64,000 nucleotides of DNA from Mytilus trossulus (Eukaryota), in contig NC_086381.1 of assembly GCF_036588685.1 (NCBI RefSeq), positions 3,596,001 to 3,660,000 of the forward strand. Reading direction: 5' to 3'. Shown here piece by piece: positions 1 through 13,769 of the stretch. Every line of letters begins with the position of its first letter. Position 1 is the stretch's first letter. The notes below the pieces were generated by a model. The model made no database searches. It was given only the letters and a program-made list of their open reading frames with translations, and was not told the DNA's origin. Both the position numbers and the translations under genes were made by a program.

Positions 1-19
1 TTTATATTTGCATACCTTT

Positions 20-243
20 TAGACAAAATTGACTTTTGTCATGACAAATATGAATTTTGTCTACAAAAATGAATTTTGTCATGACAAAAATGAATTTTGT
101 CTACACAAATGAATTTTGTCATCACAAAATTGAAGTTCTCACAAAACAAGTCTGTAGCACATAGTTTTGTAAGACAAAAATGATTTTGTTATGACAGAAT
201 TGAATTTTGTACAAAACCACAAGAGTCCCATTCGGCGCCCCGT
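20..243. repeat. Degenerate ~21-bp tandem repeat (GAATTTTGTCATGACAAAAAT), probably the subterminal array at the end of a DNA transposon
   Basis: Several copies of gaattttgtc(atg/ct)acaaaa with a palindromic core ttttgtcatgacaaaa, ending in a GC-rich terminus (cccattcggcgccccgtag). Confidence 0.6.
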
Positions 244-1299
244 AGAGGGATACAAAAATTATTTTACAAGAATCATGTACATCCAATATCATTTTGGTCT
301 TTTCAAATTTCTTAGATATGTACTTTTTCAATCATTATAAAAAAAGATGAAATAATATGCATTTTGTTCTTAGAACTGAGAAAAATCACAAAAATACAAA
401 ATTGACAGCATGGTAAATGTGACACAAAAAAGCGTCAAAATATGATATAATGTTTATATATTAACACCTACCTATTGTTTTTTGTGTCGGAATCCATTTG
501 TACTTTTAATTTGTAGGCTTATCGAAGAAAGTATCAAGATTGGCTATATCCGATTAAATTAAATTGCAAAATAATAAGGGGAAAAGCTAGAAGAGGTCTA
601 CAAACAACATATCAGTTCATATCTTTATAATACTTTATGATAAAGACAACAAAAAAGCTTTACAATTCTAATTTTGTAAGGTTAATTTATTGACACAGGT
701 AGGGAAGATTTCAATTAAAGGAGCTGTGCTTTAATAGCCGCCATCAATCCGAGATCGTCAAATTCGACTGAGAGGATCACGACTTCAACACCCACTTTAA
801 CATTCACAGAGATGGTAAAATAACTAACGTTAGCATACTAAATGTCCTACGCCTGTAACATGCACTATGTTAAGTTACTAGTCAAAAGAAGCATCAAGAT
901 ATCTCGTACAACACCATGACTAAAACGAGGAAAAAAAACCCACAAAGTTGTACACGAAATACTTTATTGCATCTCGGAAATATTACTCCACACGTATTCA
1001 ATTGCTAATGTGTACTGGGCTTTTAAATATTTGCCCAGTTTTGAGCGTACCTGACGAAGTATAATCCAGAAAAGGCCATATATCTGATGCAATAGTATTT
1101 TCATTTATTATCCCTCGATCGATATCGCTGCTGGCGAACAAAATTTTCCCGTGTAAATCCTCGCATGCTGATCAGTACTATAGTAGTCCGTGTTTCGGTA
1201 CTGACATAATTTAAAACTTACGTTGTTTTTTTTTAAATCGACGTACAACCAGAAACTATTAGGAAAACAAAGGTTACACTGAACGCTCCGACAGGTATT

Positions 1300-1420
1300 C
1301 CCAACTTTAAACACGAGCTGTACTATTTTACTGAAACAATGGTATACCCTACTTCCAAAACGAGGCTATACTATTTTACTGAAACAATGATAACCCTACT
1401 TCCAAACCGAGGCTATACTT
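1300..1420. repeat. ~48-bp tandem duplication overlapping the GPCR stop codon
   Basis: tactattttactgaaacaatg..ccctacttccaaa.cgaggcta occurs twice, plus a decayed third copy. Confidence 0.75.
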
Positions 1421-2553
1421 TTGAACGTTAACAATTGTCTTGTTTCTTTTCTGAAATCCAAATCCATAAAAGCATAGATAAACGGATTGACGATATTGTT
1501 TACAATATACATTCTATAAATAAATAGAATTCCGGGTCGTTCATTGTCGGAGAAGTTCTGCCAGAAATATGGATTAAGACCTTCAATTACTATCAGTATC
1601 ACTTTAGGAATATAACTTATAAGAAATAGTATTGTAATCATCATGAACATTATTGTAAATTTATGTACAAGCCTCTTATTTATATCAGCACTTCCTGTTG
1701 AATTTTTGACCTTTGACTTAGTTTTTGGTGTTATTCCTTCCGGTTCATATTTTTCTATTTCTGGATTTGATTCCTTATGTTCCGTCGCAGGTCCGTCACC
1801 ACAGGAAATAACAGACGTGATAGTGTGCATTTCTGTGTCAATATTTGAACTTGTTTGTTCTTTACCAGATGAGAATGAATTGTTCTTGTTTTTGAAATGA
1901 ACGTATACCTTATGCCCAATTCGTATATAGAAAAAAATCATAATTGTCATAGAAGTCAAAAGCATAATGATAATAACAATACCATACAGGAGCGTCAACG
2001 TTTTGTTAACTTCCTTTAACTTGCTACATCGTGTACCTATTATACTTCCATCTGAATTCGGAAAATCAACGGATCCATACAGCGCGGTTATCGGTGCCGC
2101 TGATACAAAGGCGACACCAAAAGACAATCCTACCGCCAAACGTTTATGGAATTGTTTCATTTGATGACGTTGAGGTTTACATACTTTAAGATATCTTTGT
2201 GTGGCGATAATAAGTAACAATAAAACAGACATATATTGCGTAAAAGCTGCAAAAAACCACCAGGCCTTGCATAAACGTGTGCTGGTAAATTCTGTCTGCA
2301 TCATATTCAGTGCAATTCCGAACGAACCACAAACTGTAGCTCCTGCCAAATCCGAAACAGCCAATATCGGAATAAAATATCTGTCCTCGGATTTTTTCCT
2401 CATTCGAAATCTATAAACTATTATAACAGTGGTGTTCCCAATAATTCCCAAAAATATGTATAGTGATAATACGATGATGTTTGGAATCAAGATTTTCGAT
2501 AACTTAGAGTTCCACACCGAAACTGCATTAGAATTTGTGAAATTGGTCTCCAT
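1396..2553 (-). CDS. Rhodopsin-family (class A) GPCR, peptide-receptor-like orphan, intronless coding region
   Basis: Seven hydrophobic segments; TM1 GN, TM2 LAVSD, TM3 Cys (LCK) with QRY in place of DRY, ECL2 Cys, TM7 NPFIY; N-terminal NFT sequon. Likely start is METNF at 2553, just after a ttttcag acceptor; the ORF track extends to 2601. Confidence 0.9.
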   Translation of the reverse strand: METNFTNSNAVSVWNSKLSKILIPNIIVLSLYIFLGIIGNTTVIIVYRFRMRKKSEDRYFIPILAVSDLAGATVCGSFGIALNMMQTEFTSTRLCKAWWFFAAFTQYMSVLLLLIIATQRYLKVCKPQRHQMKQFHKRLAVGLSFGVAFVSAAPITALYGSVDFPNSDGSIIGTRCSKLKEVNKTLTLLYGIVIIIMLLTSMTIMIFFYIRIGHKVYVHFKNKNNSFSSGKEQTSSNIDTEMHTITSVISCGDGPATEHKESNPEIEKYEPEGITPKTKSKVKNSTGSADINKRLVHKFTIMFMMITILFLISYIPKVILIVIEGLNPYFWQNFSDNERPGILFIYRMYIVNNIVNPFIYAFMDLDFRKETRQLLTFKSIASVWK

Positions 2554-4484
2554 AATTAGAGACTGAAAACGCAGGATCGGTATTACAGTCATAAATAACA
2601 ATGAAGGAAACCTGATAAATCAATCCATGAAGTTAAATACAACCAGTCTAGTATGACATAACAATCTTAAGTATATAGTAACATTTTCATTATTAGTTAA
2701 TATAACGTCGAATTGCCAACTGTTCAGTTATCAAGTAAAATTTAAAATTGAATCACAATAATGAATTTTTAAAAACAATACTATACCTGAATGAATTTGT
2801 GTTCATATTTAGTTATTTCTATAAATATATTGAATATACAATTTGTCAGAGTATAAATAAATAAAATGAAATATCAACATTTCACTTGAAAAAATTTAAT
2901 GGAAAGGAACCAGGAAGTGATATAAGAATAAACAATTAACAAAAAAAAGCCAACAACAAACAAACGCCTTCAATGTGATTGTTAATGAGATAACCCTATG
3001 TTTGAAACACCATCGAAATTCTGTAAATCGTATTGACATATATAACTATACAGCAACATCTCAATACAAATTGATGTGTTATTTTTGGTCTCTTGTGGAG
3101 AGTTGTCTCATTTACAATCATACCACATCTTGATTTTTTATATATATAAAATCGTATTCACATATAAGTCTACAGGAACATCAAAATAAGCATATAATCG
3201 TATCGACTTGTTCCTATACAGGAAAGTCAAAATAAACATAAAACCGTATACACGTATATCTATAGAGGAACATTAAAATAAACAAAAAATCGTATCGACT
3301 TATACGTATTCAAGAACGTCAAAATTTTCACCAGTCACTTAATTCATCTTTAAGGAGAAACCGCTCGAATTCAGATTTAAAATTCACAAGAAAAACAACT
3401 ATGCTGAATGAAACCAATCTTAAAAAAATACCAGGACCAGTCGACGAAATTCGATTCCGTAGTATAACAGCTTTTGGTTTTAGATGGATGTTTTTACGAC
3501 TGTCACAATAGAAATGTCCAGATACTCTTGCTCAAAAACACATTTCAGTGTAACATATCTTTTATCTTCAATTGAATAAAATTTTAATCTGACAATATCC
3601 TGTTATTAAAGGCTACACGGCTGGATAATATACAGGTCTATCAGGCCCAACACGAAGAGGGAAAAGACTACACCCAAGTCTTTCAATGTTTAATCAATAT
3701 GCACCATGCATAGCATTTTTAATTCTTGTTCATATTTTATAACACTTATTTCTTCATATGTATATTTGATGATACAAAAACAAGTTGTTGATTGAAAAAT
3801 ATAGGTGTGTAATCCTTGTAATTTTGAGTTCATTTCTCATTTTCATCAATAAACATGATATAAGGATACTTGTTGAAAATTAAAATTATTTTCATATACT
3901 TCTTGTCTCATCTGTAACGGTTGTATATTTAAAAAAAACAACCAGTTAATTACTTAATCAAACTCTACTGACATGCCTTTTTAAAACAAAGTTGAACCTA
4001 CTATGCAGTTTTGTTATTGCGATATCAAATAAACGGAATATGAGATAACATGTGTACCTAAATAAGCAGGAAATCGTAAGATTTATATGCAATAGTAAAA
4101 TATGAAACATGCAATTGGATGTAATGGGCAGTTCTCAGTAACATTACATGTAGCTGTGTGCTTCGTACAATTTTAAGATCATAATGAGGATGTTAGTTTG
4201 AAATGAACAACAAAACAGCTAAACGAATTGTAGATTTATAAATGGACACACATTTATAAAGTACAGGAAAATCACTTAGCTATGAATTAACATAAGGAAA
4301 ATGATACTATTGTATTTTTAACAACATTACTTATAAACACATTGTCAAGTACATTCAAACAATAATATTATATAAAGCAATGCTCACAGTTACTTATGTA
4401 TTTCATATCTCATAGATTAAAACCAGATCAGAAATAATTGATTGATTGGATTTAGTTTAAGTTATGCCTCTCTTTGTATATACA

Positions 4485-4890
4485 AAATTTAGTCCTTGTA
4501 TCTATAATGAGTTTATTTACAACCACTGGGTCGATGCCACTGCTGGTTGAGATATATTTCCCCGAGGGTATCACAAGCCCAGTTGTCAGCACTTTATGGT
4601 GCTGACATGAATAGTCATTGATATGGTTATATTTATAAATTTACTGTTTACAAATTTTGATTTTTTTGGAAAACTTAGGCTTTTCTACTTCAGGCATAGT
4701 TTACCGTATCTGAATTTGGCAACACTTTTAGGAATTTTGGTACTCAATGCTCTTCAACTTCGTACTTTATTTGGCTTTTCTTTTAAAACTTTTTTTGGAT
4801 TTGAGCGTCACTGACGAGTCTTATGTAGACGAAACGCGCGTCTGGCGTAAAAAAAATAAAATAGCCCTGGTATCTATGATAAGTTTATTT
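4485..4890 (+). mobile_element. Non-autonomous interspersed repeat (family with GATGAGTCTTATGTAGACGAAACGCGCGTCTGGCGTA)
   Basis: Related copies at about 8210-8580 (-), 25755-25965 (-), 26860-27090, 44690-44760, 46005-46325 and 56635-56735 (-). Confidence 0.75.
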
Positions 4891-5424
4891 GTAAAGACAT
4901 TATAATCAGTCAGGGGAAAACACGACCTTGACCAAAGCCAAGATACAGGTATCGATCGATTGAAGAGCCATGCATGTGCATATGTATAAAACAAATAACA
5001 TTTAGTTTGATTGTTGCGTTCCTTGCGTATTCTAGTAAAAATACTTCCAAGGGCTGTCAAATGATTAGGCTTGGGCGTGGCTGGCGGTTGGTAATTAAAA
5101 AAAGGATAAGAACGCACGGAATTTATAATGTGTTATTTTCATTATCAAATAAGACTAATAATTTTTATGAACACAAACTCCATTGTTTTAAACGTGATGA
5201 GATAGAATTGCAATTCTTTTATATAATTGGTAGTACTTTTTTAATGCTCGTGACGGGTACAAATTTACAAATAACTGGTAGATAGAGTATTCCTTTGAAG
5301 TATGATTAAAAAGATACAGTGCTTTACAACACTGAGGATGGAGCTGTTCTAGCTTCAATTACGTTATGTTAAATAATTCGGAAATTCGTAAAACTGACAG
5401 TCATACACTTTTGTTCTTTCAGTA

Positions 5425-6180
5425 AATAATTCAAAATTTGATGACTATGTTGAACGCATCTATCCGATCAAACTAGAGATAAAGGATACTACAGATGCAG
5501 TTAAGTCGGCCTCATATCTTGACCTACATCTATAAGAAATTGACAATGAGGGTCGGTTGAAAACAAAACTTTACTACAAAAGAGATGATTGCAGTTTTCC
5601 AATTGTGATTTTCCATTTCTAAGTAGCAACATTCCAGCAGTCCCTGCATACGGGATAGATGTCTCGCAATTGATACGATATTTCCGTGCTTGCATTTCCT
5701 ATGATTTTCTTGAAAGAGGGTTGCTGCTTACAAGGAAGAGTTTAAAACCAAGACTACCAGATAGTGAAGTTGAAATCATCCCTTCGAAAATTATACGGAC
5801 ACCATAACGAGTTGGTTGACCGTTATGGAATAACCGTTTCACAAATGATATCGGATATTTTCCTCATGTCGTAACTACAATCCCCTTCCCTTTCATGGAT
5901 GTATGTGACCTACCGAAGTAGACTATTTACCGGATTTGTTATCACATAAGCAACACGACGGGTGTCACATGTGTAGCAGGATCTGCTTAACCTTCCGGAG
6001 CACCTGCGAACACTCCTAGTTTTTGTTGGGGTTCGTGTTGTTTATTTTGTAGTTTTCTATGTTGTGTCATTTGTACTATTGTTTGTCTCTTTGTTTTTTC
6101 ATTTTCAGCCATGGCGTTGTAGGTTTATTTTCGATTTATGAGTTTTCTGTTCCTCTGGTATCTTAAGTTCCTCTTTTACA
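5425..6180 (+). mobile_element. Penelope-like retroelement reverse transcriptase C-terminal fragment (pseudogene) with 3' tail
   Basis: Frameshifted translation SKFDDYVERIYP.KLEIKDTTD..KSASYLDL..EIDNEGRLKTKLY.KRDD..FPFLSSNIPAVPAYG..SQLIRY.RAC, typical of the PLE RT thumb region. Confidence 0.75.
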
Positions 6181-6963
6181 CTTTTTTCATTTTATCGAGA
6201 AAAAAAATGTATATCCATGACAATTTGAATAACTTGTAACCAAAGTAGGATAACTCAATATATCTATTATTACTTCTATATAGATATAGGAAGATGTGGT
6301 GTGAGTGCCAATGAGACAACTCTCCATCCAAATAACAATTTAAAAAGTAAACCATTATAGGTTAAAGTACGGCCTTCAACACGGAGCCTTGGCTCAAATA
6401 GTTGATTACAGTAATCAAAACTTTAGTTAAAACAAAAACAGAAAATAGGGAGAGAGAATACAGGTTTGTCATAATATATAGCAGTTTCTGTTTCACTAGT
6501 AGTGTATAGGAACAACAAACTAGACGATACTTCGCTTTTTACGATCTTATAAATGAGTAAAATAAAATAAGGTTGTGGCATGTTAGATGTATGTTTCCTT
6601 TAACATCTGGTGTTCAGCTAGGCTGTCTGATGTTTATCCACTCCAGTTATTACACAGTGACAAAACTTTAATCAATTAAAAAATAATAGACTTTTTTCTC
6701 TGAAAGACGATAAATCTGATCTGCATGTAGTTTTTTTTAAACAACTTAAAAAAAATATACGATAAGTTAGGTTAAACAAAGGAAGATATGATGATATAAC
6801 ATGTATCATATCAAACATGAGCATCCTATTTTTGTATCTATCAGTGTTACTTTAGTTCTTGTCAAGAATTATTATCATGATTAGTAATAATATGACAAAC
6901 TATATAATGTGCATTGTAAACAAAGTTAGATAACTCAATTTATCTGATTTTTTGATTATTTCT

Positions 6964-7422
6964 GGTTACAAGAGCGCAATTATTCGTAATGCATTTTCCA
7001 TAGGGTACCACTAGTGTTCCGTATTTTTTTTCTCGAAGACTACACAAACTAGCGAAAAACGGGTGGCAGTTCCTGTTACTAGCAATGCCAGTGTTGCATT
7101 ATAACCAAAAACAAATATAGGGTCATGCGGCTCAAATTGCCTTAAAATGCAGTTGAAAAAAATCGTCTACTTTTTTCGCTTAATGAAAAAGGCATATTTT
7201 TAATGGCTCCGACGTGCAGAAATTGAAGATATTTTCTATACTTCGTAAAATGTGAATATGATTTTCGGCAATTTTTAAACCTAATTGGATAAGCTTTCGA
7301 TTAAATGTAATTCCAATCCTGTATCAACCAATCAGAAGCCGTATATGATTCTATTCTGAGTACCATCTTGGGGTAAAAAACTTGCCGGTTAAATGTAAAC
7401 AAATAATTGCGCTCTTGTAACC
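6964..7422. mobile_element. MITE, 459 bp, with perfect 21-bp TIRs and a 4-bp TSD (TTCT)
   Basis: GGTTACAAGAGCGCAATTATT at 6964-6984 and its reverse complement at 7402-7422; ttct on both flanks; a second, truncated copy at 57368-57757. Confidence 0.85.
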
Positions 7423-10100
7423 TTCTAGTTAACCTGTTTGATAAAAGTTAGATGCATATCGAATTATGAAGCTGTTTTATATAACATTTATTTGGTGCAT
7501 ATATCAAACAAGCTATTCAATATTATGATATTTTAAATGCCACTTTTCAAATGTGGTATATATATAGGGGCCTCTTTTAGTTTCCTTTCAATGTAAAATT
7601 TGCCAAAATTGAAAGCCGTACGTTGATTATTGGTGGCTTACTTAAGTTTTGTCGTTGTTCGAAGTTGCCATAATTTTATACCAGATTGACGGGGTTCAGT
7701 TTGGAAGTAATTATCTTTGGTTTTAATTTGTAGATGCTGTAGCAGATGTGGTCTGCATTTTGTCCTACGTCTTGTGTACAACTGATTGCAAGCCTCTACA
7801 CCATATACTAATTTCTTTTTTTTACATGAGAAACATGAAATTTAGAATGGAAGTCTGGAATGTTTTAAAAGAAAACAACCCGACCAAAAAGCAGAAGAAA
7901 GCCGAAGACTTTCAACTGAAATCCAACACGCGAGAACATATTATATGTGGAAGCGGATTTCAGCTGACGAATAAAGTAGTGTATACTATTTAAGTGTAAA
8001 TGAACGTCATACTAAACTCCAAAACATATAAAGGAACAAATAATAAAAACAATTCTACAAGACTAAAAATGGCCAGACCCCTGACCTCGGACAGGTGCAA
8101 AAGTGCGGCGGGGTTGAACATAAATAGAACATGTGGTCGGATGGCACAAAGAAATGACACAGATATTAACAACTATAATTCACCGTTCGGCCTTCAACAA
8201 TGTGCCAAAATAGTTATCAAAGGTACCAGGATTATAATTTAATACACCAGACACGCTTTTCGTCTACAGAATACCTTATCAGTGACGCTCAGATCAAAAT
8301 AGTTAAAGAGCCAAAAAAGTACAAAGTTGAAGAGCATTGAGGACTCAAATTTTAAAAAAAGTTGTCTCAAAAACTGCTACGGTAATATGTTCCTGGGATA
8401 ATGCAATCATTTAGTCTTCGAACAATTCAAAGTTTTGTAACATGAAATTCATAAAAATTACCATAGAATTGATATTCATTTCAACATCAAAGTGCTGCCT
8501 ACTGGGCTGGTAATAACATCGGGACGAAACGTCCACCAGCAGTGACATCGATCAAGTGGTGTAAATATTTATCAAAGGTACATAGTCAACTATAAAAGTC
8601 CACGAATTCAAAATGACAACTGTAAAACAATTCAGACGGGAATAATAACGGTTCAGTAATGTACAAAAAAATGAGCGCAAACAAATATGTAACGCATCAA
8701 CAAACTGGCACTGAATTATGTGGTCTTAACATAGGACATGCTCATACATACAGAATGTGTCGGAGTTGCGCATGTTAGCAGGATCCCTATCCTCCCGTAA
8801 TATAAGACACTGTGTACTAGTACAACATAAGAACGAACTATAAAAATCAGTTGAAAAAGGCTGAACTCATCACATAGATACAAATAGAAATTAACTAGCA
8901 AACATAACACAACAAACAGAGAGGACGTGGCCGGGTACATATACATCTTAACAACAACAAGTCCCTAAGTACAGATCTGAGTGTACTCACAGTTGATGAC
9001 TGCTGATTCAAAGCCACTGAAAAGTAATGAAAACAGATCATGCATCTAAGAATAAACATGTTAAGTGATATCTCCTCCCCCAACTACACATAACCAATGT
9101 AAAATAATGTAAAATAAACAAACACGAATCAATACGCTTAGTAAACCCAGTTTAAAACAAGTCCACTGGCAGAATATGTAAAAAAAAAACTAAGCAAAAT
9201 GACATGATCCATAAATTAAAGAAGGACTACTAACAGTTACTGACATGCCAGCTCCAGACCACAATTAGACTGTTTGAAAGATGATGTCTTCGGCATATGG
9301 GAATCACATAATAGATATAAGATAACATTACATCCATCATCATCATTTAAATGTTGTCCGCAAATTTAAAATTTACGGACGACAAGCTTCTTTAAGAACT
9401 TACTTGTTTCATGGTGGTTCCTAAATTGATTTTAAATGGATAGTATTTATGAGAAGCCAGTGAGTTGATTATTATTGTTCATGGATCTAAGGATGCAACA
9501 AATACTCAAGAGTTGAAATTGAATATAATTTTCAATGTATAGTTATATTTATAAGAATAAGAATACGAATAAGAATAAGAATTTTATTAGTTTAAAATCC
9601 AAACAATAGGATTGTTACTAAAATACACAACAAAAACACCAAACAAAAAGACAGTGGCATATTAATTAAAAAACGATACTACAAACATGTTACATTGAAA
9701 GGAAAACAAAAACATAGATTATATTTACATGTTTATATGACATTACATAGAGAGACATTCATATTGATATTTAAGAAGCAAATTGACATGTACAGTTATA
9801 ATAACCGTCGTAATGGTAAAATAATGAAAATAACACATGAACATATTATGCGTTTGAAGCCTGTTTCTAACTTCAATTAAAAACAACCAAAGCCGAATAT
9901 TTGAAACCAAGGATGTTTGAGAACCGAAACAATTCAGAATCTATATGACAAGACCAGACATACAAGTTAAATCCATCTTAGGTCAACTTTTTCTGAGAGT
10001 GTTGAGATCTTAGTTTCTTAAGAATTCCTATATATAAACGGACTTAAACAAAACGAAAAACAATCTTAACTCATGATATAATTTTATTTTTAACAAGTAT

Positions 10101-10319
10101 TGTTGTAAAGGTGCAATAATTTGATATACCTTTCTTACTACTAGTATAAGATGTCGTCTTGGTAGAATAGACTAATAGGGCAGGAATCCCAGGACTGGAG
10201 ATCACTACAAGTGGGTCGTCTGAGCTCCGGATATATTCTGCGAGGTTGGGCAGTAAATACTAATTAAAGTTCCGGTAACAAATCTGGTTATGGCAATAAC
10301 TTTTCGGACCTTTACTACA
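10101..10319 (-). repeat. 3' LTR (219 bp)
   Basis: Direct repeat of 14990-15202 with roughly ten substitutions and a 6-bp indel; termini TGTAGTAAAGG...CCTTTACAACA; preceded on the minus strand by polypurine tract GGGGAGGAA (10320-10328). Confidence 0.95.
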
Positions 10320-10471
10320 TTCCTCCCCGTTGTATTAAAACGTCAGCCATCAATGCGGACACTAATAAACGATATGCTAAAATCCTTCACCGAACCAAAA
10401 AACAAATTCATAACTGTCAACCAATCAATCATCAGGTTAAAAGCATATATACAAATTCCCTCCTCCTGCAT

Positions 10472-10756
10472 TTAATCTATATTATACAGTTGTCTGGCAT
10501 TCCGAGTTGTCACGCTAGCTATTTCCTCGGAGTGTACGTCAAACATGGATGCGAGCTTCCAGATGATTTCCTTAAGTAGTCCAGGGGATGCATCGTGGTG
10601 TCCTTGAGGTTTAAGATAGGGTGAGTCAGTCTCCGAAACTAGATCCTCCAACTTCATCTCACAAACGGTTGCTCTATAACCTGTATACTTGTTATCCATG
10701 AGTAGGAACGGAGAGATACCAAATTTACCGTTTGGAAACATGGCTTTACATGGCAT
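10472..10756 (-). pseudogene. TatD-family DNase C-terminal fragment inside the retrotransposon
   Basis: FPNGKFGIS...LEDLVSETDSPYLKP...P..L..I...LA.......EEIASVTTRNARQLY matches the TatD ETDxPYL motif and terminal helix; the N-terminal part is missing. Confidence 0.8.
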
Positions 10757-12649
10757 CTACATCCCAAAAATAGTAGAGTATACCATTTCTAAATTCAAGT
10801 TGAGATTTTGACTGCCACAAATGCCTTACCAATGGGCTACTCATCTGTAAGTCTTGTTTTGAAGGAGAGAAATCAGTAGATAACCAGGCAATAATAGTAC
10901 TCAGATCTATGTCATTCTTTTGTGCGTCTCTTAATTCAGTTTCAGTATAAGGCTGTAATATCTTCCCTTTTGTGGATGTGACATCTTTAATGCTTACAGC
11001 ACGTACTGTTAGTGGTTTAACTAAGTCTACTTCTTCTTCAAATGTGGACCACTGATTCCGGGCTCTTATACAGTATTTACAACCTCCACATGGAAGATTA
11101 TTAAGTGGAATACTTGACAAGTACGAATTGCATTCATTAAGTGTATCTGGGATTCGTGAAAGAGCATCTGCGTTTACATGTTTTTTACCTGGTCTATGTT
11201 GAACTAACATGTTGTATTGTGATAGTTCCTCAATCCACCGAGCTAGTTGACCTTCAATATTCTTGAAATTTAACAGCCAAGTAAGACTATTATGATCTGT
11301 ACGGACAACAAACTGGTTACCTAGTAAATAATGTCTATACCGCCTTGTAAAAGTGACAATAGCCAATAACTCCTTTCGAGTTGTACAATACTTTTTCTGA
11401 GCTGGCGTTAAAACCTTTACTTGAAAAGCTTATAGTTCTTTCTTTTCCATCTTGTAGTTGGCTAAGTTCAGCACCAATGGTTTTGTCTGAGGCATCAGTA
11501 TCAAGTATGAAGGTAGCTTCTGGATCAGGATAGGCTAACACAGAAGAATTTACTAGTGCTATTTTTAGTTGTTCAAAAGCATTTTCCTGTTCTTCAGTCC
11601 ATACAAACTCCGATTTTCCTCCTATTAATTTATGCAGAGACACAGCAATTTCAGTATAATTCTTTATGTGTTCCCTGTGGTAGTTTGTGAACCCGAGAAA
11701 AGATTCCAGCTCCTTTTTTTTCTTTGATCTTGGCCAACTTTTTACAGTCTGCATATTCTCCGGATTTACTGACATACCATCGTTGTTTACAATTTTTCCC
11801 AAAAACTTGACTTCTTTTTGAAATGAGAATCATTTGGACGGTTTAAGTTTTAAATTGTAGTACTGAAATCTTTTTAAGATGTGCAGAAGCTTAAATGATC
11901 ATCAAAACTGTGACCTAAAACGATGACATCATCCAAATATGCAAGGCATTCTCTCCATGTCAGACCTTTCAAAACCAACTGAATGACTCGGCTGAAAGTA
12001 GCTGGTGAGTTATATAACCCAAAAGGCAGTCGGACATGCTCGAAAAGTCCATATTTCGTGACGAAAGCCGTTTTATGTCGATCTTTCTCATCGATCTCTA
12101 TTTGCCAATATCCTGCAGCCATGTCCAACGTACTCATGTAGGCACTTCCTCTCAAAGTATCCATACAAGACTCAATCTTTGGCAAAAGAAAAACGTCCTT
12201 AGTTGTCACTTTATTAAGGGGACGAAAATCAATACAGTACCGCAGACTGCCGTCCTTCTTTCTTACTAAAACAGGACAGGAACACCAATCTGAAATAAAA
12301 GGTTTAATAACCCCCTTATCTAACATTTGACTAAGATGTTTTTCTTCTTCATTTTCAAATTTCAGTGGAGTTCTACGCATTTGTTGTTTAACTGCAGCTG
12401 CCTCCCCTGTGTGAATTCGATGTTTAATATCCCCATTAAACAATCCCAGATCCATGTCGCCTTTAGAAAAAATATTTTGAAATTCAATGAGTACTTCAGC
12501 AATCTTTATGCTATGATCTATGTCAAAATCTTTTACTGTTCGAGTATACAAATCTTTTAGGTGTTCTGGAATCTTAGAATTGAGTTCTTTTAATTTGTTG
12601 AGTTTATTTACAGAATTCTCATCTTTTAGTATAGTACAAATTGTTGTGG

Positions 12650-12950
12650 ACGGGTTGAGAGAAAATCTGTCACCTTGGGGCGGACTGACAGAAAATCTAT
12701 CACCTTGGGGCGGACTGACAGATAATATGTCACCTTGGGACGGACTGACAGAAAATCTTTCACCTTGAGGCGGACTGACAGAAAATCTGTCACCTTGGGA
12801 TGGACCAGCAGAAACCCTGTCACCTACACGTACCTTTTCCATTGTCTCGAAATTACCAGTTGGCGAACTGACAGAAAGTCTGTCACTTATGGTTTCTAAT
12901 GTTTTACACGAATTTGGATTATCGACATTGACAGAAACTCTGTCACTATG
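12650..12950 (-). repeat. 30-bp in-frame tandem repeat in pol (GDRFSVSPPQ, about 6 copies plus 2 dispersed)
   Basis: cggactgacagaaaatctgtcaccttgggg units between protease and RT. Confidence 0.9.
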
Positions 12951-13729
12951 TACTTCAGGGTCTTCAGCCAAATCACCCTGAGCAGTTACAACGTTGTATA
13001 TCTCCATACCAATACCAAATTTATGGCCACCTTTCAATGTGATAAAAGTGTCTGTGTCGTTTCGAAATACATCCTTCACGGTTTCATCCTTAGCAATTAA
13101 AGCATTTGGGGACAGAAGACCTTTTAAATTGGATTTCGGCTGAATGATTATATCATCAGCTGGGGGGTGATCAATTTCCATATCAACTATTTTTAAACTA
13201 TGAGGTGGCACAAATGTTTTCTTTTTTATACTAATCCTGTATAAGTTTATTTCTTCTCCCTCGTTCCCAACAAAACAGACCGCTGGTATAGCCTCATTGT
13301 TTGCGTGGACTGTGTAGTTTGCCATATCAATAACTGCTCCAAATTTCTCCAAAAAATCAATACCCAGAATGATATTATCATTTATGTTAGCAGTTACAAA
13401 CCTCCATTTTGATTTTAACTTCCCTATTTCAATAGGAATCTCCTCTGTATATCTAGCATCAATTTTAGAATTTTTTCCAGCTCCTCTCAAAACTAAATGT
13501 TCCTTTAGTTTAATTGTTGAATGCAAAAGTGGTAAAATTGAAGTACTCAAAACAAATATTTGTGCTGCACTATCTATTACAGCCTTAAATGTTCTGCCTA
13601 AAATTTTCATCTCAATGAACAAGGTTTTTGATTTTTTGCTTTTATCAAGTGAAAAAATTTCTTGAATCGAAAACTTCTGTTCTTGACCAGACATTTCTGT
13701 TGGCGGTTGGCCTGTATCATCTGAAAAGG

Positions 13730-13769
13730 TCAAGGATTGGCCTACATCCTTGGCCCTGAATCGTTTAAA
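13730..13769 (-). promoter_or_regulatory. gag-pol -1 programmed ribosomal frameshift signal
   Basis: Slippery heptamer T TTA AAC (13769-13763) in the gag frame, followed by stem CAAGGAT-gtaggcca-ATCCTTG. The -1 frame reads FKRFRAKDVGQSLTFSDD, continuous with the pol ORF. Confidence 0.8.

Larger units (their letters stand above)
10746..13769 (-). pseudogene. pol: Gypsy pol pseudogene: aspartic protease, reverse transcriptase, RNase H; integrase core deleted
   Basis: AVIDSAA and ILGIDFL (protease); KKDGSLRYCIDFR, LDMAAGYWQ, LPFGL, YLDD (RT); DTDASD, TDHNSL, ADALSR (RNase H). Split over ORFs 11874-13733, 11335-11802 and 10746-11366 by frameshifts. Confidence 0.92.
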
